Shown here: positions 17,691-27,593 of the stretch, piece after piece
How the letters are laid out: the number at the start of each line of letters is the position of its first letter
How positions within the stretch are numbered: the stretch's first letter is position 1
From: Ferruginibacter sp.
GTDB lineage: Bacteria > Bacteroidota > Bacteroidia > Chitinophagales > Chitinophagaceae
NCBI GenBank assembly: GCA_035317105.1
Contig: DATHHR010000149.1
Coordinates: 172 to 64,171 of the forward strand
Direction of reading: 5' to 3'
Length of the DNA stretch: 64,000 nucleotides
The notes under the pieces: model-generated
Seen by the model: the letters and a program-made list of their open reading frames with translations, nothing else
Database searches by the model: none
What the model was told of the DNA's origin: nothing
Made by a program: the position numbers and the translations under genes

Positions 17691-17752
17691 GACTGATATT
17701 TTTAAAATGAGAAAGCTGCTCAATAAGGAACAGCTTTCTCAACAATTTTTTA

Positions 17753-18442
17753 TTAATATAATTTAATACCTAAGGAAATACTTACTGTACGGTATTTATC
17801 TTTATCATTCTTTTCATCATCTCCCTCTTCAGAATTGATCCTTGTTAATCCAAGACCGTATTGTGCTTTTACTAACACCGGACCAAAGTCGATCCCTCCA
17901 CCCATATTAACGCCAAAATCCCAAAGCTTTAATTTATCATAAGCTGCATTTTCCTGGTCGGATGTAAAAGGATCTTCGTTATCAAATTTTATAGTATTTG
18001 TTTGTGTTGTGCCATCAAAAGAATTGACAGTTTTAGATTGTCCTGCAACACCGATAGCCGCATAAGGACCGGCAAATAAGAAAATATTTGCTTTAGTAAC
18101 TTTCGGGTCGCCTAAAGGAAATTTAACAACAGCGTTCAAAGGAACCTGAACATAATAAGGCCTTAATGTTGTAGTAATATCATTCCCTGCGAAGGTTGTT
18201 ACAGATTTTGCTCCCTGGCCAGTGAATAATGCACCCATTTCCAGGTCAAAAAAATCTGAAATTCCAAACCTTCCCATAAAGCCTGCATTGAATGAACCAA
18301 TAGCATTGCTTCTCTGCGTTTGGCCATCATCTGATGTGCTGATGTTAGCGATATTTAATCCGCCTTGCAGATAAACCTGCGCATTTGTTGTAGCAACACC
18401 AATAAAAGTTGTTGCTAATAATACTGTTAGTATCTTTTTCAT
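17753..18442 (-). CDS. Outer-membrane beta-barrel (OmpA-N/OmpW-like porin family) protein
   Basis: 229 aa with a signal peptide ending TNAQ, alternating beta-strand pattern and the terminal ISLGIKLY. Confidence 0.8.
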   Translation of the reverse strand: MKKILTVLLATTFIGVATTNAQVYLQGGLNIANISTSDDGQTQRSNAIGSFNAGFMGRFGISDFFDLEMGALFTGQGAKSVTTFAGNDITTTLRPYYVQVPLNAVVKFPLGDPKVTKANIFLFAGPYAAIGVAGQSKTVNSFDGTTQTNTIKFDNEDPFTSDQENAAYDKLKLWDFGVNMGGGIDFGPVLVKAQYGLGLTRINSEEGDDEKNDKDKYRTVSISLGIKLY

Positions 18443-18520
18443 CGTAATTCTTTTTAAGTTTTTAGTGTAATTAATAAGCCATACTCCTTCATTGAAATAT
18501 GTCCCTCACAATACTTATTA

Positions 18521-18558
18521 AAACAAAAAGCCTGCCACTGGAATATAGTAGCAGGCTT
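18521..18558 (-). terminator. Terminator of the glucan synthase gene
   Basis: On the minus strand, the stem aagcctgctact/agtggcaggctt is followed by tttttgtttt. Confidence 0.6.
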
Positions 18559-18609
18559 GTATAATTTTCGTAGAATATGCTCTACGTAACTTTCAACATT
18601 GGTATAATC

Positions 18610-21600
18610 TTACTCATATACCAATGTTTTTGTTGGTTGTATTTCAGTATTGCTGATCAGCTTAAATGTATTGCCATCTTGTTCAACACCATTAACGATA
18701 ATTTTAATTATAGTACCGTCGTTATTTTTTGTTTGTGTTAATTCGATATGATAAACTGTTTCTGCAAATTGGTAATCAATTTTTACAGATCCCCATTCTG
18801 CCGGAATGCATGGATTGAACTGAAGCGTATTGCCTTCTCGCTTTAACCCGATAAACGATTCTATGATCATCTGGTACATCCATCCTGCGGAGCCGGTATA
18901 CCATGTCCAGCCACCACGGCCCTTATGCAGCGGCTGTGCGTAAACATCAGCTGCTATCACATACGGTTCTACTTTGTATTCAGTGATCGATGCAACATCG
19001 TTTCCATGATTGATAGGGTTGATCATTTGTAACAGATCCCAAGTTTGTTGTTTATCTCCAATTTCTGCGAATGCCATTATCAACCAAACTGCAGCATGTG
19101 TGTATTGTCCGCCGTTTTCCCTTACACCAGGTACGTAACCTTTAATATAGCCAGGGTTTAAAGTCCCTTTATCAAATGGCGGCGTAAAGAGCTGAATTAT
19201 TTTATCTTCTTTTTTAACAAGATACTTACTCGCTGATCCCATGGCTTGTAAGGAGCGTTTTGGATCGCCTGCTTTTGATAATACAGACCAGCTTTGTGCA
19301 ATGGAATCAATTTTACATTCATCATTTTCTTTAGCGCCTAAAGGCGTGCCATCATCAAAATACGCACGGCGATACCACTCGCCATCCCAGGCATTTTCAT
19401 TTATGTTGATGCGTAATTTTTCTGCTTCTTCTTTACATCTTTCAGCAAAGGCTGTATCTTTTTTTATTTCTGCTACTGCAACAAATTTTGTGAGGATATC
19501 ATATAAAAAGAAGGCTAACCAAACACTTTCACCTTTTCCATGATTACCAACCCTGTCCATTCCATCATTCCAATCGCCGGTGCCGATAAAGGGTAAGCCA
19601 TGCTCGCCAAATTTTAATCCGTGTTCAATTGCTTTTACGCAGTGATCATATAAACTAGATTCCTGACTGGATCTTAACGGAAGGTCATAATAAGATTCTT
19701 CGCCTTCGTTCAATAAACGGCCTTCTAAAAAGTGAACTGATTCATCTAGTATACTACTATCTTTTGTTACAGTGATATATTTATTCAATACAAATGGCAA
19801 CCATAAAAAATCATCCGAGCAGGTTGTGCGAACGCCTCTGCCGATCGGCGGATGCCACCAGTGTTGCGCATCACCTTCTTTAAATTGCCTGGAGGCAGAT
19901 AAAATAATTTGTTCACGTACCAGCGCAGGATCATTGTGCAATAAGGATAATACATCCTGCAATTGATCCCTAAACCCGAATGCACCGCCCGATTGATAGA
20001 AACCGCTGCGTCCCCAAATGCGTGAAGCAAGTGTTTGATAATTTAACCAGCCATTGGCCATAATATTTACAGCAGCGTCTGGCGTTTCAATTTTTACAAC
20101 ACCTAAAGTTTTTTGCCAATATTGTGTAACATTTGCTAAAGCCGTTTTAGCAGTAGCACGACCTTTAAATTTATTTATCGTGCTCAAGGCTTCGCTCATA
20201 TTTAAACCTGCACCAAGTCGGAAAATAATTTCGCGTTCGCCTTCTTCAGGTAAATCAAAAGCTGTTTGTAATACAGTGCAGGGGTCAAGGGCAGCGCCAA
20301 GTTTCCCTGATAACTTTGCCCTGTTCATTCCATCAGGGTTGCTTAGTGTTCCATTGCGCCCAATAAATTCCGTTCTGTCTGTTGTGTAAGTTTTGCTTAA
20401 ATCATCTACATCAAAAAACGCTACCCTGCCTTCAAATTCTGTGTTGTAAGGGTTTGTTGCAAGGATGGCTCCGCTTTCAGTATCTATCTCTGTATTGATA
20501 TGCATCAACGATTTTGCCCGCAGGTCACTCAATACCCATTCAATATATCCTGTTGCAGAAATGCGGCGATCTCTCTTTGAGTTATTTTTTAATTTTAAAA
20601 CGATAAATTTAACGGGCGCTTTAATATCAACATACACGGTCATTTCAGAATCGATACCATCTTCGCTGTGTTCAAATATGCTGTACCCAAATCCATGTCT
20701 TGTAATATAGGGCGATTGTCTACGGCATGGGAGTGGAGCGGGCGACCAGAATTTTCCGCTTTCTTCATCCCTTAAATAAAATGCTTCGCCTTTTAGATCG
20801 ATGATAGAATCATTGTTCCATGGTGTTAAACGGAATTCATGTGCATTCTCTAACCAACTGTATGACTGTCCGCTTTCAGAAATGATGCAGCCAAAATTTG
20901 GATTGGCTAATACATTCACCCATGGCGCCGGTGTTGCTTGTGATGGTGTGGTTGTAATAACATACTCTTTTCCATCTTGTGAAAAGCCACCAATGCCGTT
21001 GAAGAACTGCAGGTTTGTTTTTGGCGCTATAGATGTTGTAACAGATGCATGGAATTTTGTTGGACTGAAATATGGAATAGTAGATTTCAGTTTATTTCTT
21101 CTGTTCATCTGGTCTTCCAAAGATCCAAACCTGTCTGATATAACAATATGTGCCACTGTTTGAAATAATATCCTATCCTCGTTTGATATCTGATCCGAAG
21201 AGCGGATATAAATGCCACCTTGCTGATCTTTTGCATCAACCATACTTGGCGCAACCATGCTGATGATATCATTGTGCAGCACTTGTCTGTAGCCTCCATG
21301 ATCTTCGTTCCAAATTACCAGATCAACCAATACACCTTTTAAACGCCAGTAAGCATGCGCTTGTACCATTTGTTTTACCAATTCAATATTGGCGGCATCT
21401 TCGATCTGTAATAATATTATTGGAAGATCACCGGAAATGGAATAACTCCATAAAGCAGATTGTCCGCGGCGATTTTTTACAATGATCGATGTGTCTGCCC
21501 TTAAAGAGGCGTTAGCAAATATTACTGAGCTGGCAAGCCTTGCATACAATTGCGCATCTGCTTCTGTGGCATTGATCTGTCTTAAAATTACCTGGCTATG

Positions 21601-24600
21601 TGTCCATGCTAATTCAAGTACCCTGTTAGTCAAATGCCTGTCCTGGTATTTTTCGATCAGGCTATTGCATATTTCTCTTGTGTCACCCATGCCATAGATC
21701 ATATCTATGGTCACTGTTTCATGTGGTTCGATAACTATTCTGTATTGGATAGAAACAATAGGATCAAGTACAGCGCCTTCATTTCCTGAAAGCTCATCTT
21801 CCTGTTTCATCACTTTCGGACCACTCATTGAATTGCCTCTGCCGATGAATTGTAGCCGGTCTGTTTCGTAAGCAATATTTTTAATTTCAGCATCATGCAC
21901 TTTCATCAGGTGAAACATAAATGGTGTGGCTTCTTCAGCACGCGGACGGCGCGTACAAATAATAGCATGGCGCTGTTTGTTTACTTCTGTCTGTACAAAT
22001 AAATTGCTGAAAGCAGGATGCGCTTCATCTGCATTTGCCGGTGCTAATACAACTTCTGCATAGCTGGTAATTTCGATCGTTCTTCTTTTGCGGGAGCGGT
22101 TGTTGATATGTACCCTTCTTAATTCAATATCATCTTCGGGAGATACAACAATTTCAGTATGTGTTTCAAGCGACATATCCCTGCGGCGGAATTCTGCACG
22201 GCCCTGAGAAAAAACTGCTTCGTAATTTTCGCCTTGTTGTAAAGTTGGATGATAGGCAGATGACCAGAATATATTATTATCCAGGTCACGGATATAACAG
22301 AAAGTGCCCCAGTTATCACAAGTGGCATCTTCGCGCCAGCGGGTAACGGCAATGTTTTTCCATTTGCTGTAACCACCGCCAGCATTCGTTATCATGGAGT
22401 GATACCTGCCGTTAGACAATAATTGCACTTCAGGCGTAGTGGTATGCGGCGTATTAATTACACGCATAGATGTATCGCTACCCGCAGGCACTACATTAAT
22501 ATCCGATGCGTGCACACTTGGAGAATAGAATGTGGTGATCCTTGGTATTCTCTCTTGCAATAATAATAGTGCAGATTTTATTTGTACTTCCGATTCAAAT
22601 CTTTTTTGCATTGGCTGGTTATGGACCAAATAGCTTATCGATAAAAAGCTCATGCCCTGATGGTGCGCCATGAATGATCGTACAACAGAACTTGTTTGTC
22701 TTCTTAATAAACGGGCTGCTGTATAATCGATAGCTTCGTAAAAACCATATTTACTTTCAAAGCCCGCTTCTTTTAATACCTGTAAATTTTTGTAAGCATC
22801 TTCAGGTGCTACCATCAATGCCATGATAGACGCGTATGGGGCAATAACAGTATCTTCTCCAAGGCCACGTTTAAATCCTAAACCCGGAACACCGAACGCC
22901 TTGTATTGATAATTCAATTGTGCGTCCACCATATTATAACCAGATTCAGAAATCCCCCAGGGCACACCTCGTTTTTTTGCGTAATCAATTTGTTTTTGAA
23001 CAACAGCAAGATTGGTTTGTTCCAACAAAGTATTGGCATAGGTTGGCATCACTAAATTTGGCATCAGGTATTCAAACATAGAGCCGCTCCAGGAAAGAAG
23101 AATAGGTGTAGTACCTAAATTGGTTAATTGCCTGCCTAAAGCAAACCAGCTTTCCTGTGGTAATTTTCCTTGTGCAATCGCAACAAAAGTGGTGAGCCTT
23201 GCTTCTGATGCTAACAGGTCATAATAACTATTGTCTTTTCTTTGTTCGTCAACATTGTAGCCTATCGTTAATAAATGTTGCGATCTGTCATACAGAAAAT
23301 CATAATCAATATTTGACAGATCAGCACATTTTACTGCGAGCTGATCTAGGGTTAATATCATTTCTTTTGCGCGCCTTCCTGATTCTGTAATGCTTTCTCT
23401 AAGGTTAGTTAACCAATCATTTTCTTCGGGTGTATTTTCAGAAGAATAGCATTGAATTATTTTATGTAATAAAAGCTGTTCGATCCTTGATAATTCTTTT
23501 AAGGAAGGAACAAGCGGTAATTCCGGAATCAGCAGATCGAATTTTTTTGGAACAGGAGGTAGTAATAACCATGGTGCCAATGAGGCTAATTCATATTTGA
23601 TGTTTTTTATTTGTATGGATATTTTTTCTGCCCACCAATCATCTTCGTTATCCGGATCAAGATCGAGGTTGACCAGTATTTCAGTAAAAACTGTATCTAA
23701 TTTATCAATGTATTTTTTTGTTTCTGTCAGGCTATTTGTTTCTGCAGGGTAGGCGTCGATTATTTGCTGTAAGAATTTTTTGACATCAGATTTTTCTTTT
23801 GTTCTTTCTACCAGTATTCTCAATGTATCTATGATACCTTCAAAAGTATTGTCATTGATTATCTTTTTATCTGCGATAGATGATAATGCTTGTTTTAAAG
23901 TGATCAGGTGGCCGGTAAGGTTACCACTATCAACAGTAGAAATATATTTTGGATATAACGGCACCAAAGAAACCGTATCGTACCAATTGTATAAATGCCC
24001 CTGGTATCTTTCCATACGAAGCATTGTGCCTATCGTGTTGGAAGTGCGTTCAACCAATTTGCTGGTAGTGATATAACCGAAATCATGCGCGGTAATATTG
24101 GCTAGTAAGGATAAGCCGATATTCGTTGGTGATGTACGATGCGCCACTCTTTCAACCGGGTGCTCCTGGTAATTATCGGGTGGCAGCCAATTGTCTTCTT
24201 CGGTAACAAAAGTTTCGAAGAACGCCCAGATCCTTCTTGCCAATGTTCTTAGATAAATATTTTGATCTACAGAAAGATGATCTTCATATTTTGTGGTTGG
24301 TAAACTTACCAGCCATGCGATGCCTGGCGCCAATGCCCATAAAATTAATATCGGCGTAGCAATAACAAGCGCAAAGTGATTATAAAAACTTAAATAGAGA
24401 AACATGACCACAGCAAAGAAAGGTGCAAACCACATGCTTACATAAGCCTGGAAAATATTACGCTGATTGTTCTGTATACTGCTAAAAGGGTTCCACTGCA
24501 ATAAATTTTTTCTTGAAACAAATATTCTCCAAAGTGTACGAAAGATCGCGTCGTTATTTAAGTAGACCTCATAAGGCAAACAAATAAGATCGATCGCCTG

Positions 24601-27342
24601 TTGAATAAAATGATCCTTCCCTGCACGGACAGAAAAAACAAAATGTTGCGAGAACAGCACATCCGCAGGTTTTTTCCATAGATCCCAGATAAAATTTATA
24701 ATGCTTGGCGTAAGGATTATCAGCACAACAGCCGTATTCCAAAACATCGGCGAAGCAGAAAATATCCACCCATATAAGAACAACAATAAAAAAGAAACAG
24801 GCACAAGGCTTCTGCGGATATTATCAAAAATTTTCCATTTGGAAAGTAATGATAAAGGGTTCTTTACAAAACCTTTTGTTTGTGCCGGTACAAAAGGCAA
24901 TATCCAGGTAGCAATTTGCCAATCACCTCTTATCCATCTTTGGCGGCGTTGCATATCGGTGCTGTACCTCGAAGGGTATGCTTCATACAATTGTACATCG
25001 GTCACTAATCCTGCACGTGTATAAGATCCTTCTAACAGATCATGACTTAATATCCTGTTCTCAGGAAATACATTTGTCAATGTTTGCTCAAACATGGCTA
25101 CATCATAAATTCCCTTACCAACAAAAGAGCCTTCGTTGAACAGATCCTGGTAAACATCTGATATCGCTCTTGTGTACGGATCAGTACCAGGCTCATTTCC
25201 ATGGATCTTTGCATAGATCGAACTGCTTTCATCAGGCAAACTATTGGATACCCTTGGCTGAAGGATCGTATAGCCTTCCGTAACACGTTTTTTCTTTTCA
25301 GAATACAACGCATGATTTAAAGGATGCGCCATTGTGCCGACTAATTTCCAGGCAGTATCACGTGGTAATTGCGTATCCGTATCAAGCGTGATGATATATT
25401 TTACTTTGTTATAAATTTCTTCTTCCCCAACGATCATTAAAAAATTTTCTTTTCCTTCACCGTGTATCAACGAATTTAACTCGCCTAATTTTCCACGCTT
25501 GCGTTCGTAACCCATCCAGATCTTATCATACGCGTTCCATTTGCGCGGACGATGAAAAATAAAAAATGTATCATTTGTATCTCTGCCGTATTTTCTATTC
25601 AGGTCGTTGATCTTTGTTCTGGCTGCATGTAATAACTGTTCATCTTCAGGCAATGTTTCTTGCGAAGCATCTTTAAAATCTGTCAGTAAGGCAAAATATA
25701 AGTTAGCATCGCGGTTAGCTAAAAAACGTACTTCAATGCCTTCTATCAGATCATCCAGTCCGGGAAAGCTTGTCAGCATTGTTGGTATAACAACCAAGGT
25801 TCGGTATTCATCAGGAATACCTTTTGAAAAATCCATTCTTGGTAACAGGCAAGGCTTCGATAATTTAGTTGATGTCCAGTTTATCAATGATACGGCTAAC
25901 TGGCTCGTAGCAAATACCGATACAATGCCGAGTAATGCTAAGGCCCATCCAAATAATCCTTCGTAATAAGCTTCATTGATCAATATCTTTGATAAGATAG
26001 CGGATATTACAACAACACCACCCACATAAAAAAATAAGGGAATGCCATTAAAGATCCTTCCACATCTTTCCAGATTCGAAGACTTCATCTTCGCCATCTT
26101 CTCTGTTTTTCGCGATCCTTTGCCGATAAGGTAATAACCAACATGCGTTAAACGCAGATCGGAGCTTACATCAATATTTTCTTTTGCTAAGCCAATAGCC
26201 ATGGCTGCTATTTCCTGTTCGGAAAAATGACTTTTCTTAGCGATCTTTTCTACAGCATGACGATAATTATCGCGCGTATGGAAATCCATATTAGCGTAAA
26301 TATTATCGATATCATTTCGTAGCGTTGCTTCAACAATGCTGGTGGCTTCAACAAAGTCACGCCAGTCTGTTGTAGTTAAAAAACGCAGGCTGCTAATACT
26401 ATTGCTGATCGATACCTGGTCGGCAGCTTGTTTTTGGTTTTCCTGTTGAATTAATTCACTGCTCGTTAAACCATTTTCTGATAAACGTTGTTCTATCCAG
26501 TTAAGTGGAAGCGTAAGGGAATTTCCTTTTTCCTGTAAGCGCCTTGTCAATTCTGCGACAAAAGAACTATCCATAGGAGGATTAGACCTTGCCATATCGG
26601 CAATGATCAGTACAAGGTTTTTGGGGTCTTTTTCTGCTGTTTCTATCATTTCATCTGCCCAATAATTCGCTAAGGATTTGTTGGTGATATCTATTGATAT
26701 CTGGATAGATAACCTGCGCAAATTTTCTATCAACGCTAACCGGAGCATGATGGGGATCGCCCATAATTCTCCCAGCTTTAAAAAAGTGTTCGTTTGGTAG
26801 GCAGTTACAAAATTTAACAGACTTTTTATGTCCACACGCCCATCACTATGGGAAATAATTTCCACAGCTATATCATAAACTCTCGGTAAACCGATCGATT
26901 CCCCTTTCGATAATCGGGGTAATCCTTTACTATATCCTTTAGGTAAATGCTTTTTTCCGGTGTAGATATGTTCTTCTATCAAATAAAAATTATCCAATAG
27001 CCATTCTCCTGCAGGAACAATACGTGTGTTCTCTTTTATCGCTTCTGTTAATCGTGCATGAACTTCTAATAAGATGCTTTCATTCTCTGCCAGTCGTTTT
27101 AATAATTGTTCAGAAGGGTGTCCTGAAATGAGGGTATGTCTCCGTGCAAGCCCTTTGGCGTGCTGTTCCAGCTGTTCTTCGGTAAATATTTCCGATCTTA
27201 ACGGAGGCCTGTTATCAGCATATTTATTAGCGGCATCATCTCCAAAGAACGGCTCTATAATATTTTTTTTAAGTGCCGTAATAGCTTTTGGAAGCATTTC
27301 AAAAAGGTCTTTTTGCTGATTCTTTCTTTCCGGTGGCCTCAT
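18610..27342 (-). CDS. cgs: Cyclic beta-1,2-glucan synthase (ChvB/NdvB/Cgs type: GT84 + central region + GH94-like C-terminus)
   Basis: A single 2910-aa ORF, the size class of Cgs/NdvB. It has several TM segments and the GT motifs ITLDTDTQLPRD and QRRQRWIRGDWQ. The long C-terminal region reads as an (alpha/alpha)6 phosphorylase (GFRDQLQD, DWNDGMD, GGWTWYTGSAGWMY). Confidence 0.93.
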   Translation of the reverse strand: MRPPERKNQQKDLFEMLPKAITALKKNIIEPFFGDDAANKYADNRPPLRSEIFTEEQLEQHAKGLARRHTLISGHPSEQLLKRLAENESILLEVHARLTEAIKENTRIVPAGEWLLDNFYLIEEHIYTGKKHLPKGYSKGLPRLSKGESIGLPRVYDIAVEIISHSDGRVDIKSLLNFVTAYQTNTFLKLGELWAIPIMLRLALIENLRRLSIQISIDITNKSLANYWADEMIETAEKDPKNLVLIIADMARSNPPMDSSFVAELTRRLQEKGNSLTLPLNWIEQRLSENGLTSSELIQQENQKQAADQVSISNSISSLRFLTTTDWRDFVEATSIVEATLRNDIDNIYANMDFHTRDNYRHAVEKIAKKSHFSEQEIAAMAIGLAKENIDVSSDLRLTHVGYYLIGKGSRKTEKMAKMKSSNLERCGRIFNGIPLFFYVGGVVVISAILSKILINEAYYEGLFGWALALLGIVSVFATSQLAVSLINWTSTKLSKPCLLPRMDFSKGIPDEYRTLVVIPTMLTSFPGLDDLIEGIEVRFLANRDANLYFALLTDFKDASQETLPEDEQLLHAARTKINDLNRKYGRDTNDTFFIFHRPRKWNAYDKIWMGYERKRGKLGELNSLIHGEGKENFLMIVGEEEIYNKVKYIITLDTDTQLPRDTAWKLVGTMAHPLNHALYSEKKKRVTEGYTILQPRVSNSLPDESSSIYAKIHGNEPGTDPYTRAISDVYQDLFNEGSFVGKGIYDVAMFEQTLTNVFPENRILSHDLLEGSYTRAGLVTDVQLYEAYPSRYSTDMQRRQRWIRGDWQIATWILPFVPAQTKGFVKNPLSLLSKWKIFDNIRRSLVPVSFLLLFLYGWIFSASPMFWNTAVVLIILTPSIINFIWDLWKKPADVLFSQHFVFSVRAGKDHFIQQAIDLICLPYEVYLNNDAIFRTLWRIFVSRKNLLQWNPFSSIQNNQRNIFQAYVSMWFAPFFAVVMFLYLSFYNHFALVIATPILILWALAPGIAWLVSLPTTKYEDHLSVDQNIYLRTLARRIWAFFETFVTEEDNWLPPDNYQEHPVERVAHRTSPTNIGLSLLANITAHDFGYITTSKLVERTSNTIGTMLRMERYQGHLYNWYDTVSLVPLYPKYISTVDSGNLTGHLITLKQALSSIADKKIINDNTFEGIIDTLRILVERTKEKSDVKKFLQQIIDAYPAETNSLTETKKYIDKLDTVFTEILVNLDLDPDNEDDWWAEKISIQIKNIKYELASLAPWLLLPPVPKKFDLLIPELPLVPSLKELSRIEQLLLHKIIQCYSSENTPEENDWLTNLRESITESGRRAKEMILTLDQLAVKCADLSNIDYDFLYDRSQHLLTIGYNVDEQRKDNSYYDLLASEARLTTFVAIAQGKLPQESWFALGRQLTNLGTTPILLSWSGSMFEYLMPNLVMPTYANTLLEQTNLAVVQKQIDYAKKRGVPWGISESGYNMVDAQLNYQYKAFGVPGLGFKRGLGEDTVIAPYASIMALMVAPEDAYKNLQVLKEAGFESKYGFYEAIDYTAARLLRRQTSSVVRSFMAHHQGMSFLSISYLVHNQPMQKRFESEVQIKSALLLLQERIPRITTFYSPSVHASDINVVPAGSDTSMRVINTPHTTTPEVQLLSNGRYHSMITNAGGGYSKWKNIAVTRWREDATCDNWGTFCYIRDLDNNIFWSSAYHPTLQQGENYEAVFSQGRAEFRRRDMSLETHTEIVVSPEDDIELRRVHINNRSRKRRTIEITSYAEVVLAPANADEAHPAFSNLFVQTEVNKQRHAIICTRRPRAEEATPFMFHLMKVHDAEIKNIAYETDRLQFIGRGNSMSGPKVMKQEDELSGNEGAVLDPIVSIQYRIVIEPHETVTIDMIYGMGDTREICNSLIEKYQDRHLTNRVLELAWTHSQVILRQINATEADAQLYARLASSVIFANASLRADTSIIVKNRRGQSALWSYSISGDLPIILLQIEDAANIELVKQMVQAHAYWRLKGVLVDLVIWNEDHGGYRQVLHNDIISMVAPSMVDAKDQQGGIYIRSSDQISNEDRILFQTVAHIVISDRFGSLEDQMNRRNKLKSTIPYFSPTKFHASVTTSIAPKTNLQFFNGIGGFSQDGKEYVITTTPSQATPAPWVNVLANPNFGCIISESGQSYSWLENAHEFRLTPWNNDSIIDLKGEAFYLRDEESGKFWSPAPLPCRRQSPYITRHGFGYSIFEHSEDGIDSEMTVYVDIKAPVKFIVLKLKNNSKRDRRISATGYIEWVLSDLRAKSLMHINTEIDTESGAILATNPYNTEFEGRVAFFDVDDLSKTYTTDRTEFIGRNGTLSNPDGMNRAKLSGKLGAALDPCTVLQTAFDLPEEGEREIIFRLGAGLNMSEALSTINKFKGRATAKTALANVTQYWQKTLGVVKIETPDAAVNIMANGWLNYQTLASRIWGRSGFYQSGGAFGFRDQLQDVLSLLHNDPALVREQIILSASRQFKEGDAQHWWHPPIGRGVRTTCSDDFLWLPFVLNKYITVTKDSSILDESVHFLEGRLLNEGEESYYDLPLRSSQESSLYDHCVKAIEHGLKFGEHGLPFIGTGDWNDGMDRVGNHGKGESVWLAFFLYDILTKFVAVAEIKKDTAFAERCKEEAEKLRININENAWDGEWYRRAYFDDGTPLGAKENDECKIDSIAQSWSVLSKAGDPKRSLQAMGSASKYLVKKEDKIIQLFTPPFDKGTLNPGYIKGYVPGVRENGGQYTHAAVWLIMAFAEIGDKQQTWDLLQMINPINHGNDVASITEYKVEPYVIAADVYAQPLHKGRGGWTWYTGSAGWMYQMIIESFIGLKREGNTLQFNPCIPAEWGSVKIDYQFAETVYHIELTQTKNNDGTIIKIIVNGVEQDGNTFKLISNTEIQPTKTLVYE

Positions 27343-27593
27343 ATTCTGTTGAAATTTTTAGTTAGTTTGATATTGAATAGATCCCGATACGCTTATATAA
27401 AGTTTATCGGTATAGTAGTACCAATATCATGCCTTTATGAGGGAAAATATATTTAGCACATAATTTGCGTTAAAATCAATATTGCTTGAATTATAGGATC
27501 AATTTTAAAGAACAACAGTTTTTTCACATTAATTAAATGCGTAATTGGTTAAATTGAATCAACATCTACTAAAAACCGGTATAGAATAATATA

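Noticed and set aside
19241-27319. Numerous 60-120-aa ORFs antisense to or out of frame with the glucan synthase gene (for example 20054..20389, 20801..21163, 25607..25966).
   Set aside because: They lie entirely within a 2910-aa ORF with clear family motifs and have low-complexity or odd composition. They are typical shadow ORFs.
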